Positions 1 to 9,328 of a stretch of 64,000 bases of DNA are shown piece after piece (the stretch's first letter is position 1; each line of letters begins with the position of its first letter). Source of the DNA: Fimbriimonadia bacterium (GTDB lineage: Bacteria; Armatimonadota; Fimbriimonadia; Fimbriimonadales; JABRVX01); the NCBI GenBank assembly GCA_041483895.1, contig JBGPGO010000001.1:297638-361637 (forward strand), written 5' to 3'. The translations under genes were made by a program, and so were the position numbers. The notes under the pieces were generated by a model. That model saw only the letters and a list, made by a program, of their open reading frames with translations. It ran no database searches and was not told where the DNA came from.

Positions 1-891
1 TAGCGCGGCGCGGTCCCATTTGCCGGTTTCCGCCGCTGCCTCGTAGGTTGATCGCAGAAATTCGAGCAGCATCTCGTCCGGCGAATCGGCGCGCCGCACC
101 GCCTCGTACGGCAGGATGAATTCGTGAATATCGTTGTGGTAGTACGCCGCCGACGGCAGCAAGGGATACGACGAGTAGCCCGGAGGTTCCGGATAGGAAT
201 AGGCATAAAACGCCGGCTCGCCAAGACCCAAACCGGCCCAAAATCCGGCGGATGAAACCTCGTGCGAATAGGCCTCAACCATCACATGCTTGCCGACATT
301 CGGCACGCCCGGATGCGCAGGTGCGCGCCGACCGGAAAACCGTGTGACCGCCAAATCCGACGCCCCCCAGAAAAAATGGACCGGACTCTGCTTGCCCAAG
401 AATCCCGCAGCGTATCGCTTCATCACCTGGTCCGTTTGCACCAGAATCCGCCAAAACCGAGTCACATATTCCGCATCATACGCCGAGTGCTCAAAGTCCT
501 GATCGAATCGCAATTGGTCCGGCAGCTCCACCGGCACCGGCCAGATCTTCACATCGATTCCAAGCGACGCCAAAGCTGACATGATATCGCGATAGCATTC
601 CGCGACATTGCAGGCCCTCAACGGCAGCGACGCATGGCCGCCCTCGCTCGTGGAGAACCATATCTGATGCGCGATGAAATCGAAGTCAATGGAAAAGGTC
701 ATTTTCTCATACGGGATCGGCGATGAAGTGAGACCGCGCGAAGTCACATAGAACGTCGCCTGCCAATAGTGGTTCTGCATCGGCGCAAGCTTCAGGCGCA
801 CCTTGCCCGCGATCTGCAGCCATCGGCCCAAAGTGATGCACGTATCCTGCCACTCAGAAAGAGGTAGCGCCGGCCAGACTTCGCGTATCAA
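1..891 (-). CDS. DUF5996 family protein (partial; C-terminal end lies beyond window start)
   Basis: Absent from the ORF track because it runs off the window edge. Hand translation of the minus strand from TTG 891..889 stays open to base 1: (M)IREVWPALPLSEWQDTCITLGRWLQIAGKVRLKLAPMQNHYWQATFYVTSRGLTSSPIPYEKMTFSIDFDFIAHQIWF...GKQSPVHFFWGASDLAVTRFSGRRAP... This matches my recollection of DUF5996 proteins. The TTG overlaps the upstream TGA (TTGA). Confidence 0.7.
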   Translation of the reverse strand, partial: MIREVWPALPLSEWQDTCITLGRWLQIAGKVRLKLAPMQNHYWQATFYVTSRGLTSSPIPYEKMTFSIDFDFIAHQIWFSTSEGGHASLPLRACNVAECYRDIMSALASLGIDVKIWPVPVELPDQLRFDQDFEHSAYDAEYVTRFWRILVQTDQVMKRYAAGFLGKQSPVHFFWGASDLAVTRFSGRRAPAHPGVPNVGKHVMVEAYSHEVSSAGFWAGLGLGEPAFYAYSYPEPPGYSSYPLLPSAAYYHNDIHEFILPYEAVRRADSPDEMLLEFLRSTYEAAAETGKWDRAAL

Positions 892-1151
892 ATCTCCGCC
901 GCCACTTCATCCACAAAACACCATGCCCATCGATCACCCGGCTCTAGCGATCGCATGACCGGATGCCCCGTCGCGTGGAAATGCTTTGTCGCGTGCTTGT
1001 TCTTGGAAGAATCGCAGCAGCCCACATGGCCGCATTGCAGGCAAAGGCGCAGATGCACCCACTTGTCCCCCATCTTCAGGCACTCCTCGCATCCCTCGCT
1101 GTTGGGCGTCACATTCTGAAGATCACCGAAATGCTCACACGGTCCGTTCAT
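888..1151 (-). CDS. UBP-type zinc-finger domain protein
   Basis: 87-aa ORF with the Cys/His ladder CEHF..CEEC..CLQCGHVGCC..HATKHFHATGHP, typical of zf-UBP. Coupled to the downstream DUF5996 gene. Confidence 0.7.
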   Translation of the reverse strand: MNGPCEHFGDLQNVTPNSEGCEECLKMGDKWVHLRLCLQCGHVGCCDSSKNKHATKHFHATGHPVMRSLEPGDRWAWCFVDEVAAEI

Positions 1152-1238
1152 TGGCTCCCTCCCCGCGACGGGAATCTACCTCAAATAGAAATCCCCCCAC
1201 AGCAGGCCATAGGGGGATATCTTTCGCGAGAGTGAAGT

Positions 1239-2894
1239 CTAGTTCTTTACCGAGACGTTGCCGGTGACCACCGTGCCATCTTTCGATAACAAATCGTGGT
1301 CGCTGGTGTAGTTCTGATTGTCGTACACGACAACGCCGGTGAATTTGTTCCAGATCCTGATCCGAAATCGATCCGGACCTGAATCGCCGAAGACGTCCCC
1401 GTCATATAACGTGACGCGGAAGTTGAACTTGCCGCTGCCGTTGACGGTTCCAGTACCAGTGATCTCAGCGCGTCCGCCGGCAGAAACCAAACTGTCGATG
1501 GTTGTGCCAAGGAACTTGACGCTACCGGTTTTGAATTCAAACTGGATTACGCCGATCGGCATGCTCAAGGGACTGTTCAAATTCGCGAAGAAACTAAATG
1601 AGGCAGAACCCCTTGCCGCGTAGGTTTTCGGTACCGCGCCGAGCGGAGAATTGATCCAGCCGCTGCCGCCGACAAACCCGCGTTTTTCTTGGAAGTAGTT
1701 TTCGAACGCCATGCGGGCAATCGTGCGTCCGCCGGCCTGTGCGTCCTGATTGCTGTACTCAAAGTGAATACCGCCGTAAATTCGGCTGCGGCCCGCTTCC
1801 GCGGCCGCCTCCGAAAAGGCCGTATACGATCGATCCGGCTGTCCGTCAGAACCGGTGGTGAAGTTCACCGTATCGGTGCCAAAGTACAAAGCAAGCACCT
1901 GTGCCGCGCCGCCGCTGAATGTGCTGTGTCCAGACGAGTATTCCGGGAAGTTCGGCGTGACGATGAACGATGACCATGTGGTGTCTGCGGTGGTGGCACG
2001 GATTGCGGTAACCGGCCTCCACCAATTGTAGGCAAACTTATTGTCCCAACACGAGATCGCCGCATCTGCCTCCGCAATATTCAAAATCGCAAACAGCCGA
2101 GCGTTCTCAACAAGTGATAGTCCGAACTGTCCAGAAATATCCTGGGCAATCTGATTCCAGTGTCCAGGGGGCGTGACCGTTCCCGCGCCATCCGCCCAAA
2201 AGAGTGCGATTGCGGACTGGTCCGCAGTGCGGGTGGCGCTCGTGTTCTTCCCCAACGATTGAGTTTCAAGCATCGTTGCCAGGTCTTCCGCCGAGCCTAG
2301 GGCGGGGGGACCGGAACCGCGGAACTTCGATCCGGTAAGAATGCCAAAAGGCTTCACGAGAGGCCAGTTCGGCAGGAGCGCGGGTAGGAAGCCCGGAGGT
2401 GTCGGTTGCCAATCTCCCGGATCGGTACCGGGAACATAGGGAACGACGTCGGTGGAGTGATCGCCAACGCGCGACAAGAGCATCTTGTCGCCGGCGATGC
2501 CCCCAACATTGATCCCCTCCGTCTTCTCCGCTCCATTCGGAATGCCGGCAAGCGACGCGGTTCGGGCGGCGTCGAACGTCGCGAGCTGCGCAGGGTACAG
2601 GCCCTTAAGCACTCGATAAGCCGCTTCCACAACAGCGGCCTCTTTGGAAGCCGTGGACGAAGCATTGATTGGTGTCAGATACACGTTGTAAGATTTATCG
2701 ATCGCGTTGACCGCGTCAAAAATCGCGCAATGCACCATCGCCATGGCACGGGATGACTTGGGTGGCGGGGTCTTATCTACTTTGATTGCGTTTAACAAAA
2801 CGTTGTTCCAATCGAAAACAACGTCCGCCGAGCCGGAGCCGGCAATCAAGAAGACCCCGAGCGCCATAAATGACGCCAGAAGATAGCGTTTCAT
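1239..2894 (-). CDS. secreted PAP2 / vanadium-haloperoxidase-like protein with C-terminal beta-sandwich-like extension
   Basis: 551 aa with signal peptide MKRYLLASFMALGVFLIAGSGSA. PAP2-type signature pieces are WWRPVTAIR, PEYSSGHSTF and GRSRIYGGIHFEYSNQD. An AAGGGAGAGG RBS lies just upstream of ATG 2894. Confidence 0.75.
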   Translation of the reverse strand: MKRYLLASFMALGVFLIAGSGSADVVFDWNNVLLNAIKVDKTPPPKSSRAMAMVHCAIFDAVNAIDKSYNVYLTPINASSTASKEAAVVEAAYRVLKGLYPAQLATFDAARTASLAGIPNGAEKTEGINVGGIAGDKMLLSRVGDHSTDVVPYVPGTDPGDWQPTPPGFLPALLPNWPLVKPFGILTGSKFRGSGPPALGSAEDLATMLETQSLGKNTSATRTADQSAIALFWADGAGTVTPPGHWNQIAQDISGQFGLSLVENARLFAILNIAEADAAISCWDNKFAYNWWRPVTAIRATTADTTWSSFIVTPNFPEYSSGHSTFSGGAAQVLALYFGTDTVNFTTGSDGQPDRSYTAFSEAAAEAGRSRIYGGIHFEYSNQDAQAGGRTIARMAFENYFQEKRGFVGGSGWINSPLGAVPKTYAARGSASFSFFANLNSPLSMPIGVIQFEFKTGSVKFLGTTIDSLVSAGGRAEITGTGTVNGSGKFNFRVTLYDGDVFGDSGPDRFRIRIWNKFTGVVVYDNQNYTSDHDLLSKDGTVVTGNVSVKN

Positions 2895-3109
2895 AACCTC
2901 TCCCTTGTGAGTTCGCGGACGGCGACCACGGAAATGCTCCGGTTAGTTGATCACGCAGACCCAACATCTTGGCATCAACCCGGACGCATTAGCCTCCAAA
3001 TTCCACGTCATAGATTTGTACGACAACCTGTCGCGTACGGCATTCTATCGCAAAGTCGCTGTTTCTACAAGCTGGCAACTTTGTCGGGAAATGACTTTGT
3101 TAAAAGGAC

Positions 3110-3145
3110 GACGCGGCGGAGTGAGTGCCGGCACGCCGCCGCGTC
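3110..3145 (-). terminator. putative rho-independent terminator downstream of the asparagine-synthase-like gene
   Basis: 10-bp arms gacgcggcgg / ccgccgcgtc enclose an inner palindrome gtgccggcac. On the minus strand the hairpin is followed by CCTTTTAAC. It sits 37 nt after the stop at 3183. Confidence 0.5.
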
Positions 3146-3182
3146 TTGTGAGGTTGACAGTGCAAGTCAAAAAGACGTTGAT

Positions 3183-4634
3183 TTAGGCCGCCTGGGACCT
3201 CCCCACCAATCGCCCCATTTCCGGGACAAAGTGCTTCCGCCACAGACGGTAGTACAAAACCTCTTCTTTGTTGCGCAAAGGCTCGCTCCACGGTTCCGCC
3301 CGCCCTCCCGCGAACATCGAATCGGTGATTTCGCGCTCCGCGTACGCCCGGAGCACAGAATCGACACCCGCGCCTTCCGCAAAGGATCGACGAGGTTGAC
3401 GCAGGATCCAGTTCGGAAGCTCGTCGGAAAATGCGTGGCGGAGAATCCACTTGGATTCGCCGTTCGCGCCCGTTTTCATCCAATCGGGCAGGGAGAACGC
3501 GAGTGCGATGACCTGCCGGTCCAAAAACGGCACTCGCGCCTCCAGCCCGTGCGCCATGGTCATTCGATCCATCCGCTGAAGCTCCGTGTTGTGGAGACCG
3601 GAAGTGAGGCGCCACAAACAGGCATTGCGCTCCGCGGGCGGAAGTTCTCGTAGGCTGGCGTGCCCTCCAAAAAGCTCGTCGGCGCCATCACCGCACTGCA
3701 CGGAGGAAACATGCTTCTTGGCGGACTCCGCCAGGTAATAGTTGCAGACAGCCGAGCGAACGACCTGAGCGTCAAACGATTCCAACAGGTGGATCACCTT
3801 TGGAAGTATCTCCACTACTTCGTCGGGGTGGAGAATTCTTTGCGTGTGGGCGCAGCCGAGAGCCCCCGCCGCCCTTTCCGCGGCCACGATATCCGCACTC
3901 CCTGCCAGCCCGACGGAGAATGTGCGAACCTGTGTTTGGATCTGCCCAAGCAGCCACGCCAAAATCGAGCTGTCCAGGCCGCCCGACAGGAACACGCCGG
4001 ACGGGTCCCCCACATCGGTCAGCCTTCCGACAGCCGTCTCAATCGCGAGCCGCAGCCGGGGAGCCGCTTTGTCAATGGTGAGGCTGCCGTCGGACGGTTC
4101 CGGGAGGCTGTAAAATCGGCCTTTTCCGCTGCGGGAGTGATAGAAGCAACCCGGCGGAAACTCGCGGTAGTTCGAACACATTTTTCCGAACGCCTTCAGC
4201 TCGGAGGCGAAGATGCGTCCCTCATCCCGCTTGGCGTAATAAAGCGGCTTAATTCCAATCGGATCGCGGGCGACGAAGAAGTCGTTTCCATCCCGCAATA
4301 GGATCGCGAAATGGCCGTCAAATTTCTGCAGGCAGTCAATGCCGTTTTCTTCGTACAATCGCAGGATGGTGTCGGCGTCGGCGGCCTCTTGCGGCGCAGC
4401 GCCTTTGCAGAATATGCGGCCGTTGTACGCCAAAATCCGTTTGCCATCTTCGCTGACGGCCGGCGCAGTCACGCAGTTTCGGCCCAGAGCGGAATGGATC
4501 CTCTGCCCGATGACCATCTTCGCGCAAGACAGAATGTTGGCTCCGTCGGGTCCGCGATGACGGATGCGACTCAGCATCTTAGAAACACTGTTCGCATCTC
4601 CCGTAGATATCGTGCAAACGAATCCACTCATCAT
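3183..4634 (-). CDS. asparagine synthase (glutamine-hydrolysing)-like amidotransferase, atypical N-terminus
   Basis: 483 aa. The N-terminal Ntn-glutaminase-like region has HRGPDG, YNGRIF and GHFAILLRD..FFVARDPIGIKPLYY. The C-terminal PP-loop synthetase domain has GVFLSGGLDSS. The presumed nucleophile Cys is at residue 7 (MMSGFVCTI), not residue 2. Confidence 0.8.
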   Translation of the reverse strand: MMSGFVCTISTGDANSVSKMLSRIRHRGPDGANILSCAKMVIGQRIHSALGRNCVTAPAVSEDGKRILAYNGRIFCKGAAPQEAADADTILRLYEENGIDCLQKFDGHFAILLRDGNDFFVARDPIGIKPLYYAKRDEGRIFASELKAFGKMCSNYREFPPGCFYHSRSGKGRFYSLPEPSDGSLTIDKAAPRLRLAIETAVGRLTDVGDPSGVFLSGGLDSSILAWLLGQIQTQVRTFSVGLAGSADIVAAERAAGALGCAHTQRILHPDEVVEILPKVIHLLESFDAQVVRSAVCNYYLAESAKKHVSSVQCGDGADELFGGHASLRELPPAERNACLWRLTSGLHNTELQRMDRMTMAHGLEARVPFLDRQVIALAFSLPDWMKTGANGESKWILRHAFSDELPNWILRQPRRSFAEGAGVDSVLRAYAEREITDSMFAGGRAEPWSEPLRNKEEVLYYRLWRKHFVPEMGRLVGRSQAA

Positions 4635-4921
4635 GCGTGACCCTCCTTACAGTCTTTTGACTGCTCGCGGAGAATCGATAGAACGATTGGAGTCTCGACC
4701 GATTCAAAAGGCTCGAGGCTTTCCTGCTATGTCTGCGAGGTTAGCTGACGGGTTAGGGCCAGAATTACCCTTTCCGACCGAAGCCGGAATTCACCCCGAT
4801 AATTGGTTCCCCCGCTTTCCGTTCTACCGGAAACTCGACGTGAGCCAAATCAGGCAACTTGCCTGACGGTGACACCAGTATACCAGCGCGCTCCCAACGA
4901 ATGGAAGCCTAGCAAATATCT

Positions 4922-6925
4922 CTATTTGGCAACTGTGACCGTGACCGTCTGAGCGGGACTGAAGGCGACCCAACCGGCGTTCTTCGGCCCTATCTCCTTG
5001 GCCCCGACCACCTTCGCCGATTTGGAGCCTGCGGGCAATCGAAGGCGGACTGATTTCAGGGGGGTGGCGCCCTTCCCAGCCCAGGAAAACTGGTACGTGA
5101 CCTTTTTGCTGTCCGGCGTCACAGTTACTGAAACGGAACCGTAGGCCGTGGGTAGCTTCTTGATGAAAAACGGCTTCTTCTGGGCCAGCCACCGGTCGGG
5201 AATGGCAGGGCAAATCTGCAGAACACCGTTGAATTGGTCCGTCTTGTCGCACTCCTCATAGACAAACATCCGCCGCATCTGCATCAGCATCACAGCGGCG
5301 TTCGCCCCACTCGGTTCCAGCCCATCATATCCAGGTGAACCGCCATACAGCGCCGACGTGCCGAAAAAGGGATCGAAGCAGCGGGCATAGGCATCCAGGA
5401 TGGCCTTTGAGTACCCTCCGCCGTCCTCTTCCCTCAGCCGCTCGAGCTGATATCCCATGGTCCATCCAAACGGCGCGTTCTTGCCCAGAATCGCGCCATT
5501 CGCCATTTTCAGCAGGTCTTTCGCAAGCGTGCTGCCCGCGTCTGCGGCGCCAAATTCCAAGATGAACGCGGCGAGATAGGCATCCGATTCTCCTCTTGTC
5601 TGCGCGCCCAGCTCCATCGGCACGGAGCCGGCGATTCGCCGATCGAACAGAGCCTTAATCTTCGTTCGATAGGCCGCCGCAGCCTCGGCAATCTCCTTGC
5701 CCCCTGACTCATTGACCGAATCGAGGCAGAGCGCCGTGTCCCGTATGCCTCGCCAGGCAAACGCATTTTCGTCGAAGGGCTGGCCCGAATCGGTATTCGC
5801 GGGCAAGATCCCCTGCGGATTGCCCGCGATCCGCTCCAGCAGCCAGTTCGCGTTCTCCTTCATTCGATCCGTGTGAAGCTTCATCCAGACCGGCTCGGGA
5901 GCGATGGACTGAATGCGATACGCGAGCGCGGCGGCTATCGCGTTGTCGAGCCAATCCCGCTGCTCAACGGGCTTCTGGTCGTCTTGTGGTCTCGAACCGT
6001 CGAACAGGTCGCGCGCCGTGTCGGCGAATCCCCACTCGGCTAGAGCCTGAATCTGCCACCAAATCGTCGGCGACGTGGCAGACGGAGAGGCATACATTTC
6101 ATCCCGATCCGCAAGCACCATGAGCTGCGCCAAAAGCTGATCCTTGAGCGCGGTCCAACCCGGTTCGGGGGACGAATATTCGGCGGCGCCCTTGAATTTC
6201 TCTGCCCATGCCTCTTTCGTGAGCTTCAGATCGCCCTGCGGATCGATCATAGTGGATGGCGTAGAGTTGGAATAAAACGCATACGAACAAATCCACTCGA
6301 CCGTCTCGCCGGGCTCGATCGCCTCACGGCTCATCTCCAGCCGCCATTTAATCCAATCTTCCGGCAATCCACCGGTTAATACATTGATGGGACGTGGATC
6401 GGATTCGATATAGCGCCCATCACCCACGTCCGCGGCGTAATAGTGATAGGTAACTTTTCGGTCAATCGGTTTCGGCGCTCCCTTTATGCCGCGCTGCAAA
6501 AGAGAAAACCCCAAATTGGGCGACAGCAGTCGGAAAACGCGGCTATTGTTCTTGCATTGCAAAAAGATAAACAGCCGCTCCTGGCCGGGCGCAAACTCGG
6601 ACACAAATGCAAGCTGCCGCCACTGCAACCCATCTTTCGTCGCCGTGTGCACCGTCGCCGAGAGACGGGGGCTGGGGATGGAACGCTGGGCCGCGCTGAA
6701 GATCGGCTGCGGCCCGCTATCGGAATTCAAGTACAAACGCATCCAAAGGAGGTAGTCCGGACCCGGCGCCAAGAGTGCGCCGTCGGGCGTAACTTGGACT
6801 TCATTCTCGCCGTATGGGGTGCCTAGCACCGTATTGACGAGCGGCGGCTTCGTGGGCTCGGAAATCGGAGCCAGGGGCGCGGTCAGTGCAGGGACGGTGA
6901 TGAGGGCCGGCAAAAGATAAAGCAT
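4922..6925 (-). CDS. secreted hypothetical protein (possible alpha/alpha-toroid glycoside-hydrolase-like C-terminal half)
   Basis: The 710-aa ORF-track ORF is trimmed to internal ATG 6925. That start has an AAAGGA RBS and the signal-peptide-like MLYLLPALITVPALTAPLAP. The longer form would overlap the divergent ADH gene. Function cannot be verified by eye. Confidence 0.65.
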   Translation of the reverse strand: MLYLLPALITVPALTAPLAPISEPTKPPLVNTVLGTPYGENEVQVTPDGALLAPGPDYLLWMRLYLNSDSGPQPIFSAAQRSIPSPRLSATVHTATKDGLQWRQLAFVSEFAPGQERLFIFLQCKNNSRVFRLLSPNLGFSLLQRGIKGAPKPIDRKVTYHYYAADVGDGRYIESDPRPINVLTGGLPEDWIKWRLEMSREAIEPGETVEWICSYAFYSNSTPSTMIDPQGDLKLTKEAWAEKFKGAAEYSSPEPGWTALKDQLLAQLMVLADRDEMYASPSATSPTIWWQIQALAEWGFADTARDLFDGSRPQDDQKPVEQRDWLDNAIAAALAYRIQSIAPEPVWMKLHTDRMKENANWLLERIAGNPQGILPANTDSGQPFDENAFAWRGIRDTALCLDSVNESGGKEIAEAAAAYRTKIKALFDRRIAGSVPMELGAQTRGESDAYLAAFILEFGAADAGSTLAKDLLKMANGAILGKNAPFGWTMGYQLERLREEDGGGYSKAILDAYARCFDPFFGTSALYGGSPGYDGLEPSGANAAVMLMQMRRMFVYEECDKTDQFNGVLQICPAIPDRWLAQKKPFFIKKLPTAYGSVSVTVTPDSKKVTYQFSWAGKGATPLKSVRLRLPAGSKSAKVVGAKEIGPKNAGWVAFSPAQTVTVTVAK

Positions 6926-6992
6926 CAATCGATCCTTTCGGCATGGGATTGCTTGCTCCCTACCGAAAATTATAGGGAAGGAGCGTGCCGTC

Positions 6993-8066
6993 ATGAGAGC
7001 TATGGTTCTGAAGGCCCCGAGAGAGCTTATTGTCGAGGAGATCCCGGAGTTCACCCTACGTCCTACGGATGTGATGGTTGAACCTGTGGCCTGCGGCGTC
7101 TGTGGAAGCGATCTCCGGTATTTTGTGGGTGAGAACCCCTGGGCTCAGCACACTCTTGGCCGCTTCATGGAAAACCCTCCCAATATCGTCCCTGGCCACG
7201 AGTTTTGCGGCTCGATTACCGCCGTCGGGTCGTCCGTTGACCCTGGGATGGTCGGCAAGCGGGTGGTGGTGCAGCCATTGCAGGTCTGCGGCGAGTGCGA
7301 GCAATGTCGGTCTGGTTACAACAACTTGTGCCCAAAGCAGGAGCATTTGGGCCACGGGGGCGGCTGGGGCGATATGAAATACTATCCGGGCGGAATGGCA
7401 CAACGCTGCCCGGTATGGGCCTCCTGCTGCTTCGAGGTCCCCGATTCCCTGCCCGACCGGGAGGCGGCGCTGATGGACATGCTGGCGGTCGCGGTCCATG
7501 CGTCCAATTTGGGCAGGATCACGGCGGACGATCGTGTCGCCATCATCGGCTCTGGCCCCATCGGCCTGTCCATCGCCCAGGTCGCCCGATCGCGCGGCGC
7601 ATCGAAAGTGGCGCTGTTCGATCCCAGCTCCACGGCGCGGGACGTGGCTCGGAGCTGCGGGATGGACGATGTGTACGACGTTCCGTGCGGCGACATCGAA
7701 ACCGCATTGAAGCCCATGCGTGGCCGCGCGACGAAAGTCTACGATACAGTGGGCCGACCCAACACGCTCAAGGCCGGGCTGGAGACGCTGCGATTCGCCG
7801 GGGAGCTGATCGTGATGGCGGCGCACGGAGAGCAGCTGCCGTTTTCGATGGAGGACGTCGGGCAGGAGCGATGCATCCGGACCTCCTGCAACTTCGTGGC
7901 GCCCACAGACTTCCAGGAAGCGATCCGTCTTGCCACCACAGGCGGCGTCCGCCTCGCGCCGTATATCACGCGGGAGGTACCGCTTTCGGTAGGTCCGCAC
8001 GCCATCGAATCCATGATCGAACGCCGCGACTGGGCCTTCAAATGCGTCATCCATCCCCAAATGTAG
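6993..8066 (+). CDS. zinc-dependent alcohol/polyol dehydrogenase (MDR family)
   Basis: 357 aa with catalytic Zn motif CGVCGSDL...GHEFCG and structural Zn motif CGECEQCRSGYNNLC. Rossmann motif IIGSGPIGL. A GAAGGAG RBS lies upstream. Confidence 0.9.
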   Translation: MRAMVLKAPRELIVEEIPEFTLRPTDVMVEPVACGVCGSDLRYFVGENPWAQHTLGRFMENPPNIVPGHEFCGSITAVGSSVDPGMVGKRVVVQPLQVCGECEQCRSGYNNLCPKQEHLGHGGGWGDMKYYPGGMAQRCPVWASCCFEVPDSLPDREAALMDMLAVAVHASNLGRITADDRVAIIGSGPIGLSIAQVARSRGASKVALFDPSSTARDVARSCGMDDVYDVPCGDIETALKPMRGRATKVYDTVGRPNTLKAGLETLRFAGELIVMAAHGEQLPFSMEDVGQERCIRTSCNFVAPTDFQEAIRLATTGGVRLAPYITREVPLSVGPHAIESMIERRDWAFKCVIHPQM

Positions 8067-8228
8067 CCGCGGTTCCTCATGGCGACCACCTACCAATTGC
8101 TGACCCCAAGAACCGCGCTGAACGTCCGGAATCGGCAATTCCGATGCTTTCCGCCGATTCTCAACGGGTTCGCCCGGTTCTTGTGGTTGCGCGTTCGAAA
8201 GGCTTTCAGAATGAGGAACCGCGGCTAC
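8063..8228. repeat. 166-bp MITE/REP-like element with perfect 18-bp terminal inverted repeats
   Basis: gtagccgcggttcctcat (8063..8080) is the exact reverse complement of atgaggaaccgcggctac (8211..8228). The internal ccacaagaaccg motifs are shared with a second copy at 24820..24983. The left arm contains the ADH stop codon. Confidence 0.6.
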
Positions 8229-8274
8229 GGAGTTGCACAACCCAATCGGTTCCCATAGAGTAGCGACCTTGCAT

Positions 8275-9111
8275 TCACACCGTGGAGCGCTTACGCAATC
8301 GCAACGCCCCCAGCCCCATGCCAACAAGAACAACGGCGCTGCTTGGTTCCGGCACAGAATTAAACTGCCAGCTAAGAATGTCCTGGTGAGCCCCGAGATC
8401 GCCCGCTGCTCCGGTGAAACCAATCCAAGCCCTGCCGTCTGACATTGACAGAGTCGAGGCAAGATTGAGATTGATCATCAGCTTCGGAGTAACAAGATCA
8501 TCCATCCAAACCGTCCATGAACCGGGCAAATAGGATATGCGAACAGTGTGTGTTGCATTGTTGTTTATGTCCGGAATGTTCTTATTCCACCCGAGCGAGT
8601 ATTGAATGTCGGCGGAATTGGGAAGCAGGCCCCGCGTCTGCAAACTTGTCCAATTGTCGCTCGGGTCCCCAGACGGGATACCGCCATCCCCTACCAGATT
8701 ACGGTAGTAATCGAACTGTTGCGCGATGCAGTTTGCGATTCCAACGGTTTCGCCTGGGCGATCCGCGTATCCGAGCTGACCGCCACGACCACCCATCGCG
8801 TTAACCTGTTGATTCTGGATAACGAACGCGAATCCATCATTAGAACCGAATGCTTGGAATGCGAACGTGGTTGTAAATCCGGCCGCCACGCTTTGCTTTG
8901 TGGTGTACCACCCCGCACTAGCTTCGGCACTCAAACGCAATAGATTGTTGGCCTGGTGTCCATTTCCGACAAAAGTGATGCCCGACGTATCGGTGAAATT
9001 ATTATAGTTAAAGTCCGCGTTGGCGACCGTCGGACCGACGATAGCTCCTATACCGAAAACCACACTGAGTACTGTGACTCGACGACCGGAAAACTTGATT
9101 GCTGATGACAT
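8275..9111 (-). CDS. PEP-CTERM-anchored L-type (legume-like) lectin domain protein
   Basis: 278 aa with a signal peptide. The lectin-like core is FNYNNFTDTSGITFVGNG...LLRLS...GFAFVIQN...GGQLGY. The C-terminal VPEPSSAVVLVGMGLGALRLRKR is a PEP-CTERM sorting signal. A TAAGGAG RBS is present. Confidence 0.85.
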   Translation of the reverse strand: MSSAIKFSGRRVTVLSVVFGIGAIVGPTVANADFNYNNFTDTSGITFVGNGHQANNLLRLSAEASAGWYTTKQSVAAGFTTTFAFQAFGSNDGFAFVIQNQQVNAMGGRGGQLGYADRPGETVGIANCIAQQFDYYRNLVGDGGIPSGDPSDNWTSLQTRGLLPNSADIQYSLGWNKNIPDINNNATHTVRISYLPGSWTVWMDDLVTPKLMINLNLASTLSMSDGRAWIGFTGAAGDLGAHQDILSWQFNSVPEPSSAVVLVGMGLGALRLRKRSTV

Positions 9112-9328
9112 TTTCGAACTCCTTAAGTTTGGTAAATGCCATCCGGCGGGTCGCTTCCATTACAAAACAACGGGGATAGTATACAGCTGTTTGTGTCAAA
9201 CGCAGAATTGCGGCGACACTCATCGATTTCGAAGGCGGCCCGTTTCGGAGCGGTGGAAGCGGCCAGTGACTTGAAATGAAGGAGCAACGCCTCTTTAAGG
9301 TTGTCAAGGGCCCCTTGTTCAGTCTCTT

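Noticed and set aside
262-579. 105-aa and 70-aa plus-strand ORFs at the window start
   Set aside because: They are antisense to the edge-truncated DUF5996 gene, which translates cleanly on the minus strand through the whole region.
4922-7054. Long N-terminal extensions of ORF-track ORFs (this one, plus 12017..13372, 13658..15982, 18721..19173, 19118..20221, 20685..21731, 23125..24774, 26882..28174, 31167..31826, 36057..37070, 42327..43334, 43377..44528, 50566..51375, 51650..52264, 57459..58775, 59657..60550, 61887..63065 and 62810..63919)
   Set aside because: Internal starts give proper RBS spacing, signal peptides or family-typical N-termini. They also remove overlaps with neighbouring genes, often creating ATGA, GTGA or TTGA coupling. 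The extended forms were therefore not used. For 13658..15982 the longer form remains possible.
7056-8462. 468-aa minus-strand ORF, the longest ORF-track entry overlapping the ADH gene
   Set aside because: It is antisense to a CDS with clear Zn-ADH motifs. Its translation is Arg/Ala/Gly/Pro-rich with no recognisable motifs, and it runs through the MITE-like repeat. It is a typical high-GC shadow ORF.
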